Virus record (IMG/VR): IMGVR_UViG_3300042484_001031 | Coordinates: 62,001 to 126,000 of that record | Source of the DNA: an uncultured virus (IMG/VR IMGVR_UViG_3300042484_001031) | Lineage: Duplodnaviria > Heunggongvirae > Uroviricota > Caudoviricetes | Length of the DNA stretch: 64,000 nucleotides | Strand: one strand, 5' to 3' | Part shown: positions 38,523 through 50,100 of the stretch, in pieces | How positions within the stretch are numbered: position 1 is the stretch's first letter | Layout of the letters: each line of letters opens with the position of its first letter | Made by a program: the position numbers and the translations under genes | Notes under the pieces: generated by a model | What the model was told of the DNA's origin: nothing | Seen by the model: the letters and a program-made list of their open reading frames with translations, nothing else | Databases searched by the model: none

Positions 38523-38545
38523 AGTTTCCTTGTTATGTTTGATGT

Positions 38546-38574
38546 AGTGTAACACATTAGTTGTAGAAAAGCAA
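38546..38574 (-). promoter_or_regulatory. Sigma70-type promoter for gp55
   Basis: TTGCTT-N17-TACACT with an extended -10 TG; same -35 hexamer as the gp47 promoter. Confidence 0.65.
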
Positions 38575-38609
38575 CAATTTTTTAGTGAAAAGGGTAAAAA
38601 TAGCACTTT

Positions 38610-38625
38610 TATTTAGCGATAAATA
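38610..38625. promoter_or_regulatory. Back-to-back late promoter motifs (GCTAAATA minus, GATAAATA plus)
   Basis: tatttagc|gataaata between the divergent gp55 gene and the baseplate operon. Confidence 0.6.
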
Positions 38626-38647
38626 TAAGTAAGGATAACAACATATT

Positions 38648-40357
38648 ATGGCAAACCCAACCACAGCCGCTGAATGGAAAGAAGTTGCAGCCAATGCGCA
38701 GGCACAGATAGGTGCGGTCAACCAACAAAAAGCGCAAGGTGAAGAACAAATAACTGCATTGGAACAACAACTTCTAGCCAACGGTCAACAAATAAGTGAC
38801 TACTTAAAAGCTAATCCTAGAATTACCTCAAAAGACTCTGGCTTATTAGCTTTACAAGCACAGACAGATACTATTAAACAAAATTTAGCTAAAACAGAAG
38901 TATATGTAAGAGCTACACTAACATCACAACTATTTCAACTTAGAGCAACTATAAACAATGCTAATACACAGGCTGGAGTAGCAACAACTGGTGCTCCGAA
39001 TACAAACACAAATACTCCGCCTGAAACAGTTGTTCCTGATCAATCTAATACTGCTGTCATTACAGAGACCCCTCCTCCAATTGAAAACACTACGTCTGCA
39101 AATACTACTGACCCAAACAGTGATCCTAATACTAATATAGGTTCTGAACCAGTTGTTGAAAATGCTACCCCAGCATTTGTTACTGGTCAAAATGCTGCCG
39201 CTGATGCTGCCTTCTTAGAAGCCAACGCATCAGAACAACAAGTTATAGATCCAAATAGTGATCCTAATACTAATATTGGTAACGACTCACAAGAACCAGT
39301 ACCACAGCCTCAACAAGAAATTGGATTAAACAGCGATCCTAACACAAATATTGGTGCTGATATACAAACAATTGAAAATGCGGCACCGGCAACTATTAAT
39401 GCAGACGATGCAATTGAAAAAGCAAGATTAGAAGCTGAAGAAATAAATGGCGAAATCCCCCCACGTACAGAACAAGATATATTTGCTGCCGAAGGTGTAA
39501 CAAATGCAGCCGGTTTGCAAGGGAAATTAGAGAATGCCAGAGCACAACAGATTACACAAGATGCAGAGAATGCAAAGACTCAGGGTGATTGGCGTGTAAG
39601 ATTAAGTTTAGCACCTAGTGCAGGATATTTATATAAAGCACAAAACCCAGGTATATTAGCACCACTACAAAAAACAGATGGGGTGATATTTCCATATTTA
39701 CCTCAAATTCAAGTAACATATGCCGCACATTATGATCCTTCGGATCTTACGCATAGTAATTATAAAATATTTCAATATAAAAATAGTAGTGTGGATCAAG
39801 TTAGTATTACATGTGATTTTACTGCACAAGATACTGAAGAAGCAAATTACATGTTAGCAGTTATTCATTTCTTTAGGTCAGTTACTAAAATGTTTTATGG
39901 ACAAGATCAAATACCTAAACCAGGAACACCCCCGCCATTGTGTTATCTATCTGGAATGGGTGATTTTCAATTTGATAGACACCCATTAGCAATATCTTCA
40001 TTTAATTATAGTTTGCCTAATGATGTGGACTATATAAGAGCAAGTAGTCCAACTTTGTTATCTGGAGTTAATTCAACCGGATATAATGATAATAGAAATA
40101 GTGATTTAACACCAAGTCAAGTTAGAATGCAATCAGGAACTACTCACTTAAATGCAGGAGCAAAAGAATCAGCACCTAATTTTAGCAAAGCAACTAATAC
40201 ACAACCTACTTATGTGCCTACAAAGATATCAATTTCAGTAATGGCTTATCCAATTGTAACACGTAACGACATAAGTAATAACTTTAGTTTAGAGAAATAT
40301 GCGACCGGTGCATTATTGCAAGGTCGTAAAAACCCAGGTGGCGGAGGAATTTGGTAA
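38648..40357 (+). CDS. Baseplate/tail-tube initiator-like protein (gp48/gp54-like C-terminal domain) with a long low-complexity N-terminus
   Basis: C-terminal GVIFPYLP.I...FTAQ...HFFRSVTKMFYG...PPP...LSG.G tube-like pattern; 3x NSDPNTNIG repeats; first gene of the baseplate operon. Confidence 0.55.
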   Translation: MANPTTAAEWKEVAANAQAQIGAVNQQKAQGEEQITALEQQLLANGQQISDYLKANPRITSKDSGLLALQAQTDTIKQNLAKTEVYVRATLTSQLFQLRATINNANTQAGVATTGAPNTNTNTPPETVVPDQSNTAVITETPPPIENTTSANTTDPNSDPNTNIGSEPVVENATPAFVTGQNAAADAAFLEANASEQQVIDPNSDPNTNIGNDSQEPVPQPQQEIGLNSDPNTNIGADIQTIENAAPATINADDAIEKARLEAEEINGEIPPRTEQDIFAAEGVTNAAGLQGKLENARAQQITQDAENAKTQGDWRVRLSLAPSAGYLYKAQNPGILAPLQKTDGVIFPYLPQIQVTYAAHYDPSDLTHSNYKIFQYKNSSVDQVSITCDFTAQDTEEANYMLAVIHFFRSVTKMFYGQDQIPKPGTPPPLCYLSGMGDFQFDRHPLAISSFNYSLPNDVDYIRASSPTLLSGVNSTGYNDNRNSDLTPSQVRMQSGTTHLNAGAKESAPNFSKATNTQPTYVPTKISISVMAYPIVTRNDISNNFSLEKYATGALLQGRKNPGGGGIW

Positions 40358-40668
40358 TGGCAAATAATATACTTTATCCAGCAACAAGTCCATACTATGC
40401 AACAGATATAGTTAATGGCAAATTTTTAGATATAATGGTAGATAGACCTATCATTAAACAACCTTCCGATATCTACTGGGAGATAACATTAGTATATGAA
40501 TTTCGTCCTGATATGTTAGCATATGACTTGTATGCTGATAGTAGATTGTGGTGGGTATTTGCACAACGAAATCCAAACACATTGAAAGATCCTTACTTTG
40601 ATTTTGTAGCAGGTGTAAGTATATACTTACCTAAGGCAGATTTGTTGAAACAAATTTTAGGATTATAA
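40357..40668 (+). CDS. gp53: Baseplate wedge protein, gp53-like
   Basis: RPDMLAYDLYADSRLWWVF..RN motif; ATG at 40357 overlaps the upstream stop. Confidence 0.75.
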   Translation: MANNILYPATSPYYATDIVNGKFLDIMVDRPIIKQPSDIYWEITLVYEFRPDMLAYDLYADSRLWWVFAQRNPNTLKDPYFDFVAGVSIYLPKADLLKQILGL

Positions 40669-43323
40669 ATGTATTCTATTAAGATACAAGACACTACTGG
40701 ACTTTGGATAGTAATTGATACAACTACCGGTAAAAATATTAGCAGAGGAGCGTTACCGTCAATAGCCATTAATCTTGCTATTGAAAAGGGCATGCCTGCA
40801 TCGCTTAGACCTACACTGCTTGATGATGCGGCCGCAATTGAGCAAGCATCAGCACCTCCGCCTACCCCCACAGAACCTATTCCACCAACAACAGAAAACA
40901 AAACTAATCCAAATGATTTGGGCGGCAGTTCAGGTGATGAAGAATATAGTTATGATAAAAATTATGCGGCTAAAGTTGATGCTACTAAAAATGTAACTAA
41001 TCCAAATAATGAAATGGAAACGCAAAATGAAAGTTATGCGGGCACAACAGTTGCAGGACAAGGTGATAAAGGTTCAGCAAATAAAGTAAAATCAACTGAA
41101 ATAGCCGCTGGTCCAAAGCCAGGAGCTCGTCCACAAAACCCATTAGGTAGTCTATCAAGTTATACATACCAACTGACATTGTATATGATAACACCAGATG
41201 CGTATGACGCATTTATTCAATCTGGAAGAAATAACATCAATGCTATTAATAATGCGGCTAATCCACAAGTAGCAACTGAAATTGAAAATAGTATGTCAGG
41301 TGCATATATTATAGCACAAAGTGGTGGCATAAACAATAAAACAAGCAAACGTGCATTTGACTATGATTATTATATAGATGACTTAAAAATTCACACAACT
41401 ACTAATGCCAAAGCAAAGAAAACAGCATCAAATGATACAGAAATGTCATTTAACATTTATGAACCATATGGTTTTTCATTCATAACAAAATTAAATAATG
41501 CAGCGGATATATTAAAAAAGAAAAGTAAATTAAAAGACTATAAAGATTTATCTAACTCTACAAAACAATTTTTTGTGTTAGGAATTAGGTTTCAAGGGTA
41601 TGATGAAAATGGTAAAGAGATATCAGCAGTATCTACTTATAACCAAGATACATTTGATGTGACAGGTGATTCGGGTGGCGTATTTGAAAGATTTTTTGAT
41701 ATAAGAATTACTGATTTTAAATTTAAACTTGACGGTAAGATGACAGTATATAATATTACTGCCGCAACAGTTGCACCAAAAGCAGGATTTGGTGTAAAGT
41801 ATGGTAGGATAGATAGAGGTGCTAGAGTAGAAGGAAGTACAGTAGAAGATGTATTACGAGGAACTAAAGGTTTACTAACATCATTAAACGAACAACAAGT
41901 ATTACAAACTAAGAAGAATGGTGAAGGTAGTATAGCAAATGTATATAAGCTCAGATATTTAGGTACTGCTGAATCAGAAATAGGATCTGCATCTATTGTA
42001 AGTATTGCTGATTTGGATAAATCTAAGTTGCCAATGAGTGTGGCTGAAAATATTAAACAAGTAAATGACGCAGTATCAGTATCAGCCATACCTAATACTA
42101 ATAGCAGAACTATTACATTTGCAAACGATGTGTCTATAATGCAAGCTATAGGATCAATTGTTTCTCAAAGTAGTTATTTAGAAAACGCATTGACTGAAGT
42201 AATAAAATCCGATACTGAACCTCCGCAACCGGGACAAGGCACTGCTACAGTTAAAGATCCTAACCCAAGAACTATTAAATGGTATAACTTGGGTGCAGAA
42301 GTTAAATGTTTGGGTTTTGATAAGATAGTGGGTGATTTTGCTTATGAAATTACCTACGTTATACAACCATATGAAACTCCAATGGTTACTAGTCCATATG
42401 CAGGTAAAACTTCAAAATATTATGGTGCACATAAAAGATATGAATATTGGTTCACTGGTAAGAATTCAGAAATATTAAACTATGAACAAGCAATGAATAA
42501 CTCATATTTTTTACCATCAATGAATCCAACTGGTTCTCCTGCTAGTCAAGGTGGCGGGGCAGATATTGCTACTGTACCGGGTAAACGACAAAATGAAGAT
42601 AGAACGGGTAAATTAGATATAGGTAAGGAAGCACAGAATTCTTATCTAACAAGTTTATATGATCCTGGTGCATATGCTACTGCAAAGGTTACTATATTAG
42701 GAGACCCTGATTATCTAATGCAAGATAGTCCTAGTTCAATTAATCAAGTATATCGTCAATTTTATGGCAAAGGTTTTACTATTAACCCAAATGGTGGACA
42801 AGTTTTTATTGAGATAGATTTTAAAGAAGCGGAAGATTATAATAATGATACTGGATTATTAACTGTTAACGATTCTATATTATTTTGGAAATATCCTAAA
42901 GAGATAGCATCACAAGTTAAAGGTGTGAGTTATATGTTAGTTGAAGTAATAAGTAGTTTTTCAAAAGGTAAATTTACACAAGAATTAGATTGCGTAATAA
43001 ATCAGTTTCCTGGTATTACTAATAAATCTGATAAAAATGCGGCAGGTAGACCATCTAATGTAGAAGAAAATGTGTTTGATACTAGGCAGAGTATACAAGA
43101 AAATGTGTTTAATCCGGCACAAGATGTACAAGAAAGCGTCTTTGATCCAACTGCCGGCGGTATATCAGGAGCCGGATCTAACAGCACAAACAAATCTCTT
43201 AATTCAGGTTCGGAAGCAAGAGATGATAATATAATAGATGCTAAGAAACAACCCCCGAATGATCCCGGCGGTGGTAGGGAAGATCCTAATACAGGAAATG
43301 TATTAGATATGGGATTAGGATAA
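40669..43323 (+). CDS. Baseplate hub protein (gp27-like), enlarged
   Basis: Between gp53 and gp5; AKVTILGDPDYL and Y...V.S.FSKGKFTQEL patterns typical of hub proteins. Confidence 0.55.
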   Translation: MYSIKIQDTTGLWIVIDTTTGKNISRGALPSIAINLAIEKGMPASLRPTLLDDAAAIEQASAPPPTPTEPIPPTTENKTNPNDLGGSSGDEEYSYDKNYAAKVDATKNVTNPNNEMETQNESYAGTTVAGQGDKGSANKVKSTEIAAGPKPGARPQNPLGSLSSYTYQLTLYMITPDAYDAFIQSGRNNINAINNAANPQVATEIENSMSGAYIIAQSGGINNKTSKRAFDYDYYIDDLKIHTTTNAKAKKTASNDTEMSFNIYEPYGFSFITKLNNAADILKKKSKLKDYKDLSNSTKQFFVLGIRFQGYDENGKEISAVSTYNQDTFDVTGDSGGVFERFFDIRITDFKFKLDGKMTVYNITAATVAPKAGFGVKYGRIDRGARVEGSTVEDVLRGTKGLLTSLNEQQVLQTKKNGEGSIANVYKLRYLGTAESEIGSASIVSIADLDKSKLPMSVAENIKQVNDAVSVSAIPNTNSRTITFANDVSIMQAIGSIVSQSSYLENALTEVIKSDTEPPQPGQGTATVKDPNPRTIKWYNLGAEVKCLGFDKIVGDFAYEITYVIQPYETPMVTSPYAGKTSKYYGAHKRYEYWFTGKNSEILNYEQAMNNSYFLPSMNPTGSPASQGGGADIATVPGKRQNEDRTGKLDIGKEAQNSYLTSLYDPGAYATAKVTILGDPDYLMQDSPSSINQVYRQFYGKGFTINPNGGQVFIEIDFKEAEDYNNDTGLLTVNDSILFWKYPKEIASQVKGVSYMLVEVISSFSKGKFTQELDCVINQFPGITNKSDKNAAGRPSNVEENVFDTRQSIQENVFNPAQDVQESVFDPTAGGISGAGSNSTNKSLNSGSEARDDNIIDAKKQPPNDPGGGREDPNTGNVLDMGLG

Positions 43324-43327
43324 GATT

Positions 43328-46300
43328 ATGGCATACGATGAAATAAAACCTCGAGGTAGTACTAAAGCAAGTCAACCAGATGCAGGTGGTGCAGTATTAC
43401 GTAGCGTACCACTATTTGGTATTGTTAAAGATAATATAGATCCTATTCGTTCTGGTAGACTACAAGTATACATTAGTGACTTGGGAGGACTAGATCCAGA
43501 TGATAGTAATTCTTGGGTAACTGTTAGTTATATGACTCCCTTCTATGGCGTAACTACACCATCAGGTGCAAATACAGGTTACGGAGAATACATTAAAAAT
43601 CCTAACAGTTATGGTATGTGGAATAGTCAACCTGATTTAGGTACAACTGTTATATGTATATTCATTAATGGTGATCCTAATTATGGATTTTGGATAGGAT
43701 GTGTCCCGCAGCCAGAAGCATTACAAATGGTTCCTGCAATTGGTGGTACAGATAATATTGTAGCAAATGCAGGTGAAGCAAAAGGATTGGGCGGAGCTGT
43801 TAGATTACCAGTTACTAATCTTAATAGCAATAATGCAGGAATCGCAAACAGTAATAAATTTTTAACTGATGCTAAACCTGTACATAGTTATGTTGCTAGT
43901 ATATTAGCACAACAAGGTTTAATTAGAGATCCTATACGCGGTGTTATTGGTTCAAGCGCACAACGTGAAACACCATCACGTGTTGGTTGGGGTGTAAGTA
44001 CTCCTGGTAGACCTATATATGAAGGTGGCTTTACTGATGAAACAATTGCTAAGGCTGCAACAAGTGGTAAATCAACTGGACTAAAAGTTGTTGCTCGTAG
44101 GGGAGGACATACTTTAGTAATGGATGACGGAGATATATTAGGTCGTGACCAATTAGTAAGACTACGTAGTAGTTTAGGACATCAAATATTAATGAGTGAT
44201 GACGGGCAAACATTATTCATCATCCACGCTAATGGACAAAGTTATATTGAATTAGGTAAAGAAGGTACAATTGATATGTACTCTACTAATTCATTTAATG
44301 TAAGAACACAAGGTGATTTAAATCTACATGCTGATAATAATATTAATATCAATGCTGGTAAGGCACTAAACATAAGTGCTGATACTATTGCAATTAATAG
44401 TGAAAAACAAACCACACACAAAGTTGGAACAGATTTTAGTTTATATGCTTCTGGTACATATACAACTAAAGTAGATGGTAAGATGAGTTTTGCTAGTGCG
44501 GCAGACTCATCATTTTATAGTGATGCTATAACATATTTTAACGGTAGTAAGATTAATTTAAATACAGGAGCATCAAGTTTAGTTCCTCAAGAAGTTAAAC
44601 CATTACCAGTAGTAGCACATACTGATACATTAAATGATGCCACTAAGGGTTGGTTAGCGGCACCTGGCAAATTATTAAGTATTGTAAGTAGAGCACCTGC
44701 TCATGCACCATGGGCTAGTGCAAATCAAGGTGTGGATGTTAAAGTTAATAACAATGCGAGTGCGGCATTACCGGCTGCACCAAGTTCAGCAGTAGCGGCA
44801 GCAAATGCCAGCACCGGATCATCTCCGGTCACATCACCGGTCACTGCATCTGTCGCATCCACAGTACCCCCATCGGCAGCAATTAGTGCGGCATTAGATA
44901 AAAACACAACAGGCACTATAGTTGGTCAAATATCAACATTAGCCGCAGTAGGTTCGGCTGCGGATGCAGTTAAATTGGGTGCAGGTGTAGTACAAACTGC
45001 AACAGGCCCCGTAGCGGCCATTGGCGCTATGGCACAAAGTCCTGCACAATTAGAAGCATGTGGAGTTATCAAACCGGGTGCGGCCGCATTAATTAACAAT
45101 TTAGTAGAAAGTGGTAAAACAATACAACAAGCATGTACACCAAATCTGTTTACAGGTAAAGACGGAGCTTCAAACTTAACTAGCTATGTAAATAATCCGG
45201 TAGCACAAGTTGCCGGTGCTGTACAAACATTAACTCAAGCACAAACAGCATTAACACAAACTGGATTGATTACTGGAAAAGAATCAGGTACAGCTATAGC
45301 AGGATTGGTAATGTCAGCCGCTACAGCCGGCATACAAAATACTGTAAATTTAGTTAGCAATGCGGCTGGCGCAGTAGCAGGAGCAGTTAATGGAGCAATA
45401 TCAAATGTAGTAGGTGCGGCGACTGGAGCATTGAATACTGTATTAGGGTCAGCCACAAGTTTAGTTTCTGCAGGTAATTTTGCAGGTAACTTGGCATCTA
45501 CTGTTACTGGTGGTCTAAGTAGTATTGCAACTTCACTAACTGGTATGGCAAAGGGCGCGGTTGCTGGTATATCAGGATTATTAGATAGTGCTAAGGGTGT
45601 TGCCGGTAGTGCATTTTCGGCAATTAGCGGTGCGTTACCAACACTAGCTGTTGGTGTCCCGCAAAATATTAAAGAGATAACAGAAAAAGCACAAGCGGCC
45701 GCCCAAGCTCCGGCAGCGAATTCATTGACCGGAGCATTAAACTCAGTAACAGGTGGAATAACCGGAGCAATAGGTGCAGTAACAGGTGGAATAACTAGTG
45801 CAATTAGTGGAGTAGTAGGGTCAGTTACCAGTGGAATAACCGGAGCAATAGGTGCAGTAACAGGAGTAGCATCTGGATTATTAAAAACAGCGACGGGTAT
45901 AACAGCAAATTTATCTACTGGTTTGGGATCATTGCCAGGTGGAGGTGCAGTAGCGGCAATAGTTGATAATGCAGTTGGTGCAATTAATAGTGTGCCGGGA
46001 GTTAGCGCAGTAACAGGATTAATTGGTCAAGCAACATCAATTACAAATGGTATATCTAGCTTAACATCAATTAACCCACTAGCCTCTTCAGGTGCATTAA
46101 ATGCAGTTACAGGTGCAGCCGGAGCATTAACAAAAGGGTTGGATGACTTAAAGAGTGGAAAATTATCATTGGCATCATTGGCATCTGCTGGATTACCGGC
46201 TGGTGCAGCCGCACAATTAAATGCCGCAATGAGTTCAATGAGTTCAGGAGGTGCAGTACAAATTAAATTACCAACAGTAGCTATTAATACCACCGATAGA

Positions 46301-46669
46301 GGAGAATTAACTCAATCAATAACATCGTTGTTGGGTAGTGCAAAGATACCAATGCCAAATTTTGAAGGAAATCCGGCTACATTGGGAACAACTCAATCTG
46401 AAAGTAGTATTGCAGAATATAATAAAACAACAGAAGAAATTAACACACTAAGTGATAAACGATTTGACTTACAAAAAGAACTAAATGATGCTAGATATGC
46501 TAGTAATAAAGCTAAAACTGAATTACCTGCAGGCGATCCAAGCATTGCAAGTGCAGAAGCGGCCCTCAATACTGCTAGAGAAAATATAACTAATTTAGAT
46601 AAACAAATTGAAGATTTAAGAAAAAAAATAAATGCGTCAGCTACCGCTAGTGGCTCCATGACAGCATAA
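43328..46669 (+). CDS. gp5: Baseplate central spike (gp5/VgrG-like) with a long Ala/Gly-rich C-terminal extension
   Basis: OB-fold GIVKDNIDPIRSGRLQVYI...SYGMW..PDLGTTV; GHTLVMDD/GHQILMSDD beta-helix region; followed by gp25. Confidence 0.75.
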   Translation: MAYDEIKPRGSTKASQPDAGGAVLRSVPLFGIVKDNIDPIRSGRLQVYISDLGGLDPDDSNSWVTVSYMTPFYGVTTPSGANTGYGEYIKNPNSYGMWNSQPDLGTTVICIFINGDPNYGFWIGCVPQPEALQMVPAIGGTDNIVANAGEAKGLGGAVRLPVTNLNSNNAGIANSNKFLTDAKPVHSYVASILAQQGLIRDPIRGVIGSSAQRETPSRVGWGVSTPGRPIYEGGFTDETIAKAATSGKSTGLKVVARRGGHTLVMDDGDILGRDQLVRLRSSLGHQILMSDDGQTLFIIHANGQSYIELGKEGTIDMYSTNSFNVRTQGDLNLHADNNININAGKALNISADTIAINSEKQTTHKVGTDFSLYASGTYTTKVDGKMSFASAADSSFYSDAITYFNGSKINLNTGASSLVPQEVKPLPVVAHTDTLNDATKGWLAAPGKLLSIVSRAPAHAPWASANQGVDVKVNNNASAALPAAPSSAVAAANASTGSSPVTSPVTASVASTVPPSAAISAALDKNTTGTIVGQISTLAAVGSAADAVKLGAGVVQTATGPVAAIGAMAQSPAQLEACGVIKPGAAALINNLVESGKTIQQACTPNLFTGKDGASNLTSYVNNPVAQVAGAVQTLTQAQTALTQTGLITGKESGTAIAGLVMSAATAGIQNTVNLVSNAAGAVAGAVNGAISNVVGAATGALNTVLGSATSLVSAGNFAGNLASTVTGGLSSIATSLTGMAKGAVAGISGLLDSAKGVAGSAFSAISGALPTLAVGVPQNIKEITEKAQAAAQAPAANSLTGALNSVTGGITGAIGAVTGGITSAISGVVGSVTSGITGAIGAVTGVASGLLKTATGITANLSTGLGSLPGGGAVAAIVDNAVGAINSVPGVSAVTGLIGQATSITNGISSLTSINPLASSGALNAVTGAAGALTKGLDDLKSGKLSLASLASAGLPAGAAAQLNAAMSSMSSGGAVQIKLPTVAINTTDRGELTQSITSLLGSAKIPMPNFEGNPATLGTTQSESSIAEYNKTTEEINTLSDKRFDLQKELNDARYASNKAKTELPAGDPSIASAEAALNTARENITNLDKQIEDLRKKINASATASGSMTA

Positions 46670-46694
46670 CATAAATATACTATAGGATAACAAT

Positions 46695-47144
46695 ATGCCA
46701 ACATACATTGGTTTCAGTACAATTAACGCTAACAAGCCCCGATCTACTAATTTACCAGCGGGTATTGCGGGTGGTGTGGGTTCTATGGTACAACCAGTTA
46801 TACCCGGCAAAAAGTTTAGGTTAGTTGACCAACAATTAGTTATACAAGATTTCATTAATGCATTGAATATTCAACAAGGTCAAAAGGTAGGCAATCCAGG
46901 ATACGGGACTACACTTTGGAGTTTTGTTTTTGAGCCAAATACATTTGATGTACAGAACAAATTAGAAACTGAAATCAGACGAGTGGCCAATCAAGACCCA
47001 AGAATGATAGTTAATACTGTTAGCGCATATCCTCAAGAAAACGGTATATTACTTGAAGTAGAACTAGCCGTTGCACCTTTTAATAATGCAGAAATTCTTA
47101 GTGTTTTCTTCAATAATAGTACAAATACAGCAGTAATTCAATAA
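46695..47144 (+). CDS. gp25: Baseplate wedge subunit
   Basis: QGQKVGNPGYGTTLWSFVFEP...DPR motif; CATAAATA and AGGA upstream. Confidence 0.85.
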   Translation: MPTYIGFSTINANKPRSTNLPAGIAGGVGSMVQPVIPGKKFRLVDQQLVIQDFINALNIQQGQKVGNPGYGTTLWSFVFEPNTFDVQNKLETEIRRVANQDPRMIVNTVSAYPQENGILLEVELAVAPFNNAEILSVFFNNSTNTAVIQ

Positions 47145-47198
47145 TCTTCCAAAAATGGTGTTTTCATTTAAGATAAATACTTAAAAGAGAACACCACT

Positions 47199-50100
47199 AT
47201 GGCAACCAGCTCACGACAATCAGCATTATTCGGCGTTAACGATTGGAAGGCAATCTATCAAACCTTCCGTGAAGCCGATTTCCGTTCATATGACTATGAA
47301 ACATTACGTAAAAGTTTTATAGATTATATACGTGTTTACTATCCAGAAACTTTTAATGATTACATTGAATCAAGTGAATTCATAGCATTAATGGACGTTA
47401 TGGCTTTTATGGGTCAAGGTCTTGCATTCCGTAGTGATCTTAATGCCCGTGAAAACTTTATTGATACGGCTGAACGCAGAGATAGTGTTGTTAAATTAGC
47501 AAATTTAATCAGCTATACTCCTAAACGTAACCTAGCTGGCCAGGGTTATATTAAAGTAACAAGCATTCAAACTACTGAAAATATTACGGATTTAAATGGA
47601 TTTAATTTAAGCAATCAAGCTATATTGTGGAATGACCCTGCTAATGTTAATTGGTTAGAACAATATAATACAATTATCAACGCAACATTGATTAACACAC
47701 AGCGAGTTGGACGCCCGGGTAATACAGCACAATTATCAGGTATTAAAACGGATGAGTATACAATTAATATTCCACAAAACACATTACCAATAGTGCCATT
47801 CACTTCGGTTGTAGATAACCAAGCAATGAATTTTGAATTAGTTAGTTCCACTACGTTGGATGAAGATTATGTTTACGAAATTCCTCCTGCACCAAGTGGC
47901 AGAATGAATATGGCTTATCGCAATGACAAATTAGGTTACGGTAGTCCAAATACAGGTTTCTTCTTTTATTTCAAACAAGGAACATTGCAAAATTTTGATT
48001 TTAATTTAGAACAACAAATTTCAAATCAAGTTGTTGATATTGATATTCAAGGTGTTAACAATACCGATACTTGGTTATATCAGTTAAGTACTGATAACAG
48101 TTCCGCAGTTAATAGAACGTTATGGAATCAAGTAGAGAATGTTTATGCCGATGCTTATTTACAAACTGAAAATAGTGTTCGCAGAATATTTTCTGTAGGT
48201 TCTAGATTTAACGACCAAGTTAGTTACGTTTTTGGTGATGGAGTATTTTCCGAGATTCCAGTTGGAACATTTAGAGCATATGTACGTGCAGGTAATGCAT
48301 TGACATATACTATTGATCCAAATGAGATGCAAAATCTATCGGTCACACTAAGTTATATTAGCAGGTTAGGACGAACAGAAACACTTACATTAGGATTAGA
48401 ATTACAGACACCAGTGTCAAACGCACAGGCAAGAGAAACATTATCAAACATTAAACAACGTGCCCCTTCCCGCTATTATACACAGAACAGAATGGTTAAT
48501 GGGGAAGATTATAACAATTTCCCATACACATTATACAGTTCTATTGTTAAAAGCAAAGCTATTAACCGTAGTTCTGTTGGTGTATCAAAAAACTTAGACC
48601 TATTAGATCCAACCGGAAAATACTCCAGCACAAATTCATTCTCAAGTGACGGTGGTATGTACCAAGATGATACTGATGGTAATATATTATTAACCATTAC
48701 TACATCCGGCGATATCATCACATTCCTAACAGATACATTAGGTGCACTCTTAGCAGATAATCGTGCTAGACAATATTATATACAAGATTATACGAGATAC
48801 AATGTTAATGCGGCTTCCGGTGACGGTACAGTATATTGGCAAGAACAAACAGTTAATGCTAGTAGTTTAACTGGTTATTTCTTTACCATTAATGGTAGCA
48901 ATAATACTCCTATACCTGTAGGAACATATTCTACCTATAATATGAAATACACTACTAAAGGTGCAATGATGAAATTTACTGCTCCAGCTGGATATTATTT
49001 TAGCGACACAAATCGTTTAATAGCCGGCATAGCTAGCCCATCAGATAAAACTTATATATGGACTACTGTATTAAATGTAGTGGGTGACGGATATAATAAT
49101 GGTGAAGGTGCATTTAGTAACGGATTAGGTCCAATAACATTAAATGGTTATGTGCCTCAAGGTGCAATTGTTTCTACTATATTACCTGCATTTGATAACT
49201 CATTACCTAATATAGTAATACAAGAATGTATTGTTAGAATGGAATTAAATCAAAGCTTTAGTTTAATATTTGATAACAGTTTAACTATAGCACAAGATCG
49301 ATGGAGTATTGGTACATATGATGCTAGTAATTATTTTGTAAATATATTAAGTTTAGGAAGTAATCGTTATAGTATATCATATCGCTCATTGGCATACTAT
49401 TTTGGTAGTGTCGCTGATACACGTTTCACATTTGAAAATGGTAAATTAGTATATGATCCTTTTAGTGGAAAAATATTACAAGACTTTGTTAAAGTATTAG
49501 CAACCAATACACAACCTAGTAGTAATTATCCATTAGCGACACCTATTACTACCAGTATTATTGGTCAAACAGTTGAAAGTGACGGCTATGTAAATGATTT
49601 TGAAGTTGAAGTAGCAAGTATAGATGTTAATGATAGAACCATTGTAAGTAACCCAGACTTTTTCACAGAGGTAACAGGTTATGTTAATGGTAATACTAAT
49701 ATAGGAATTTATACATTCTTTGTATTATTACAAGATGCGGTAAATCTTTCACGTTACCAATTAATACCATCAACCGATGTAGTGTATATCTATTCAACCA
49801 AAACACAAATTGAAATAGTTAAGTATGAGTACCCAGAAGGTCAATTATTCTATGCATTTACTGATAATTTATTTTACACAACAATTCAAGATCAAACAGT
49901 TAACACACCATTTTATATTGTAACTGAACAACCACAATATATTATGAAACCAGGACGTCAAGGACTACAATTTCAATATCGTCATAATAGTAATAATACA
50001 ACACGTATTGATCCCGCTACTACAAACATTATTGATTTGTATGTAGTTACACAGGCTTACTATACTGCTTATCAAAACTGGTTACAAGACATTACCGATA

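Noticed and set aside
38523..38606. Longer ORF-track starts for gp55 (also resolvase 34489, HNH 23343, gp53 40351)
   Set aside because: Extensions run through promoter motifs or overlap neighbours; downstream ATGs fit the RBS or promoter spacing better.
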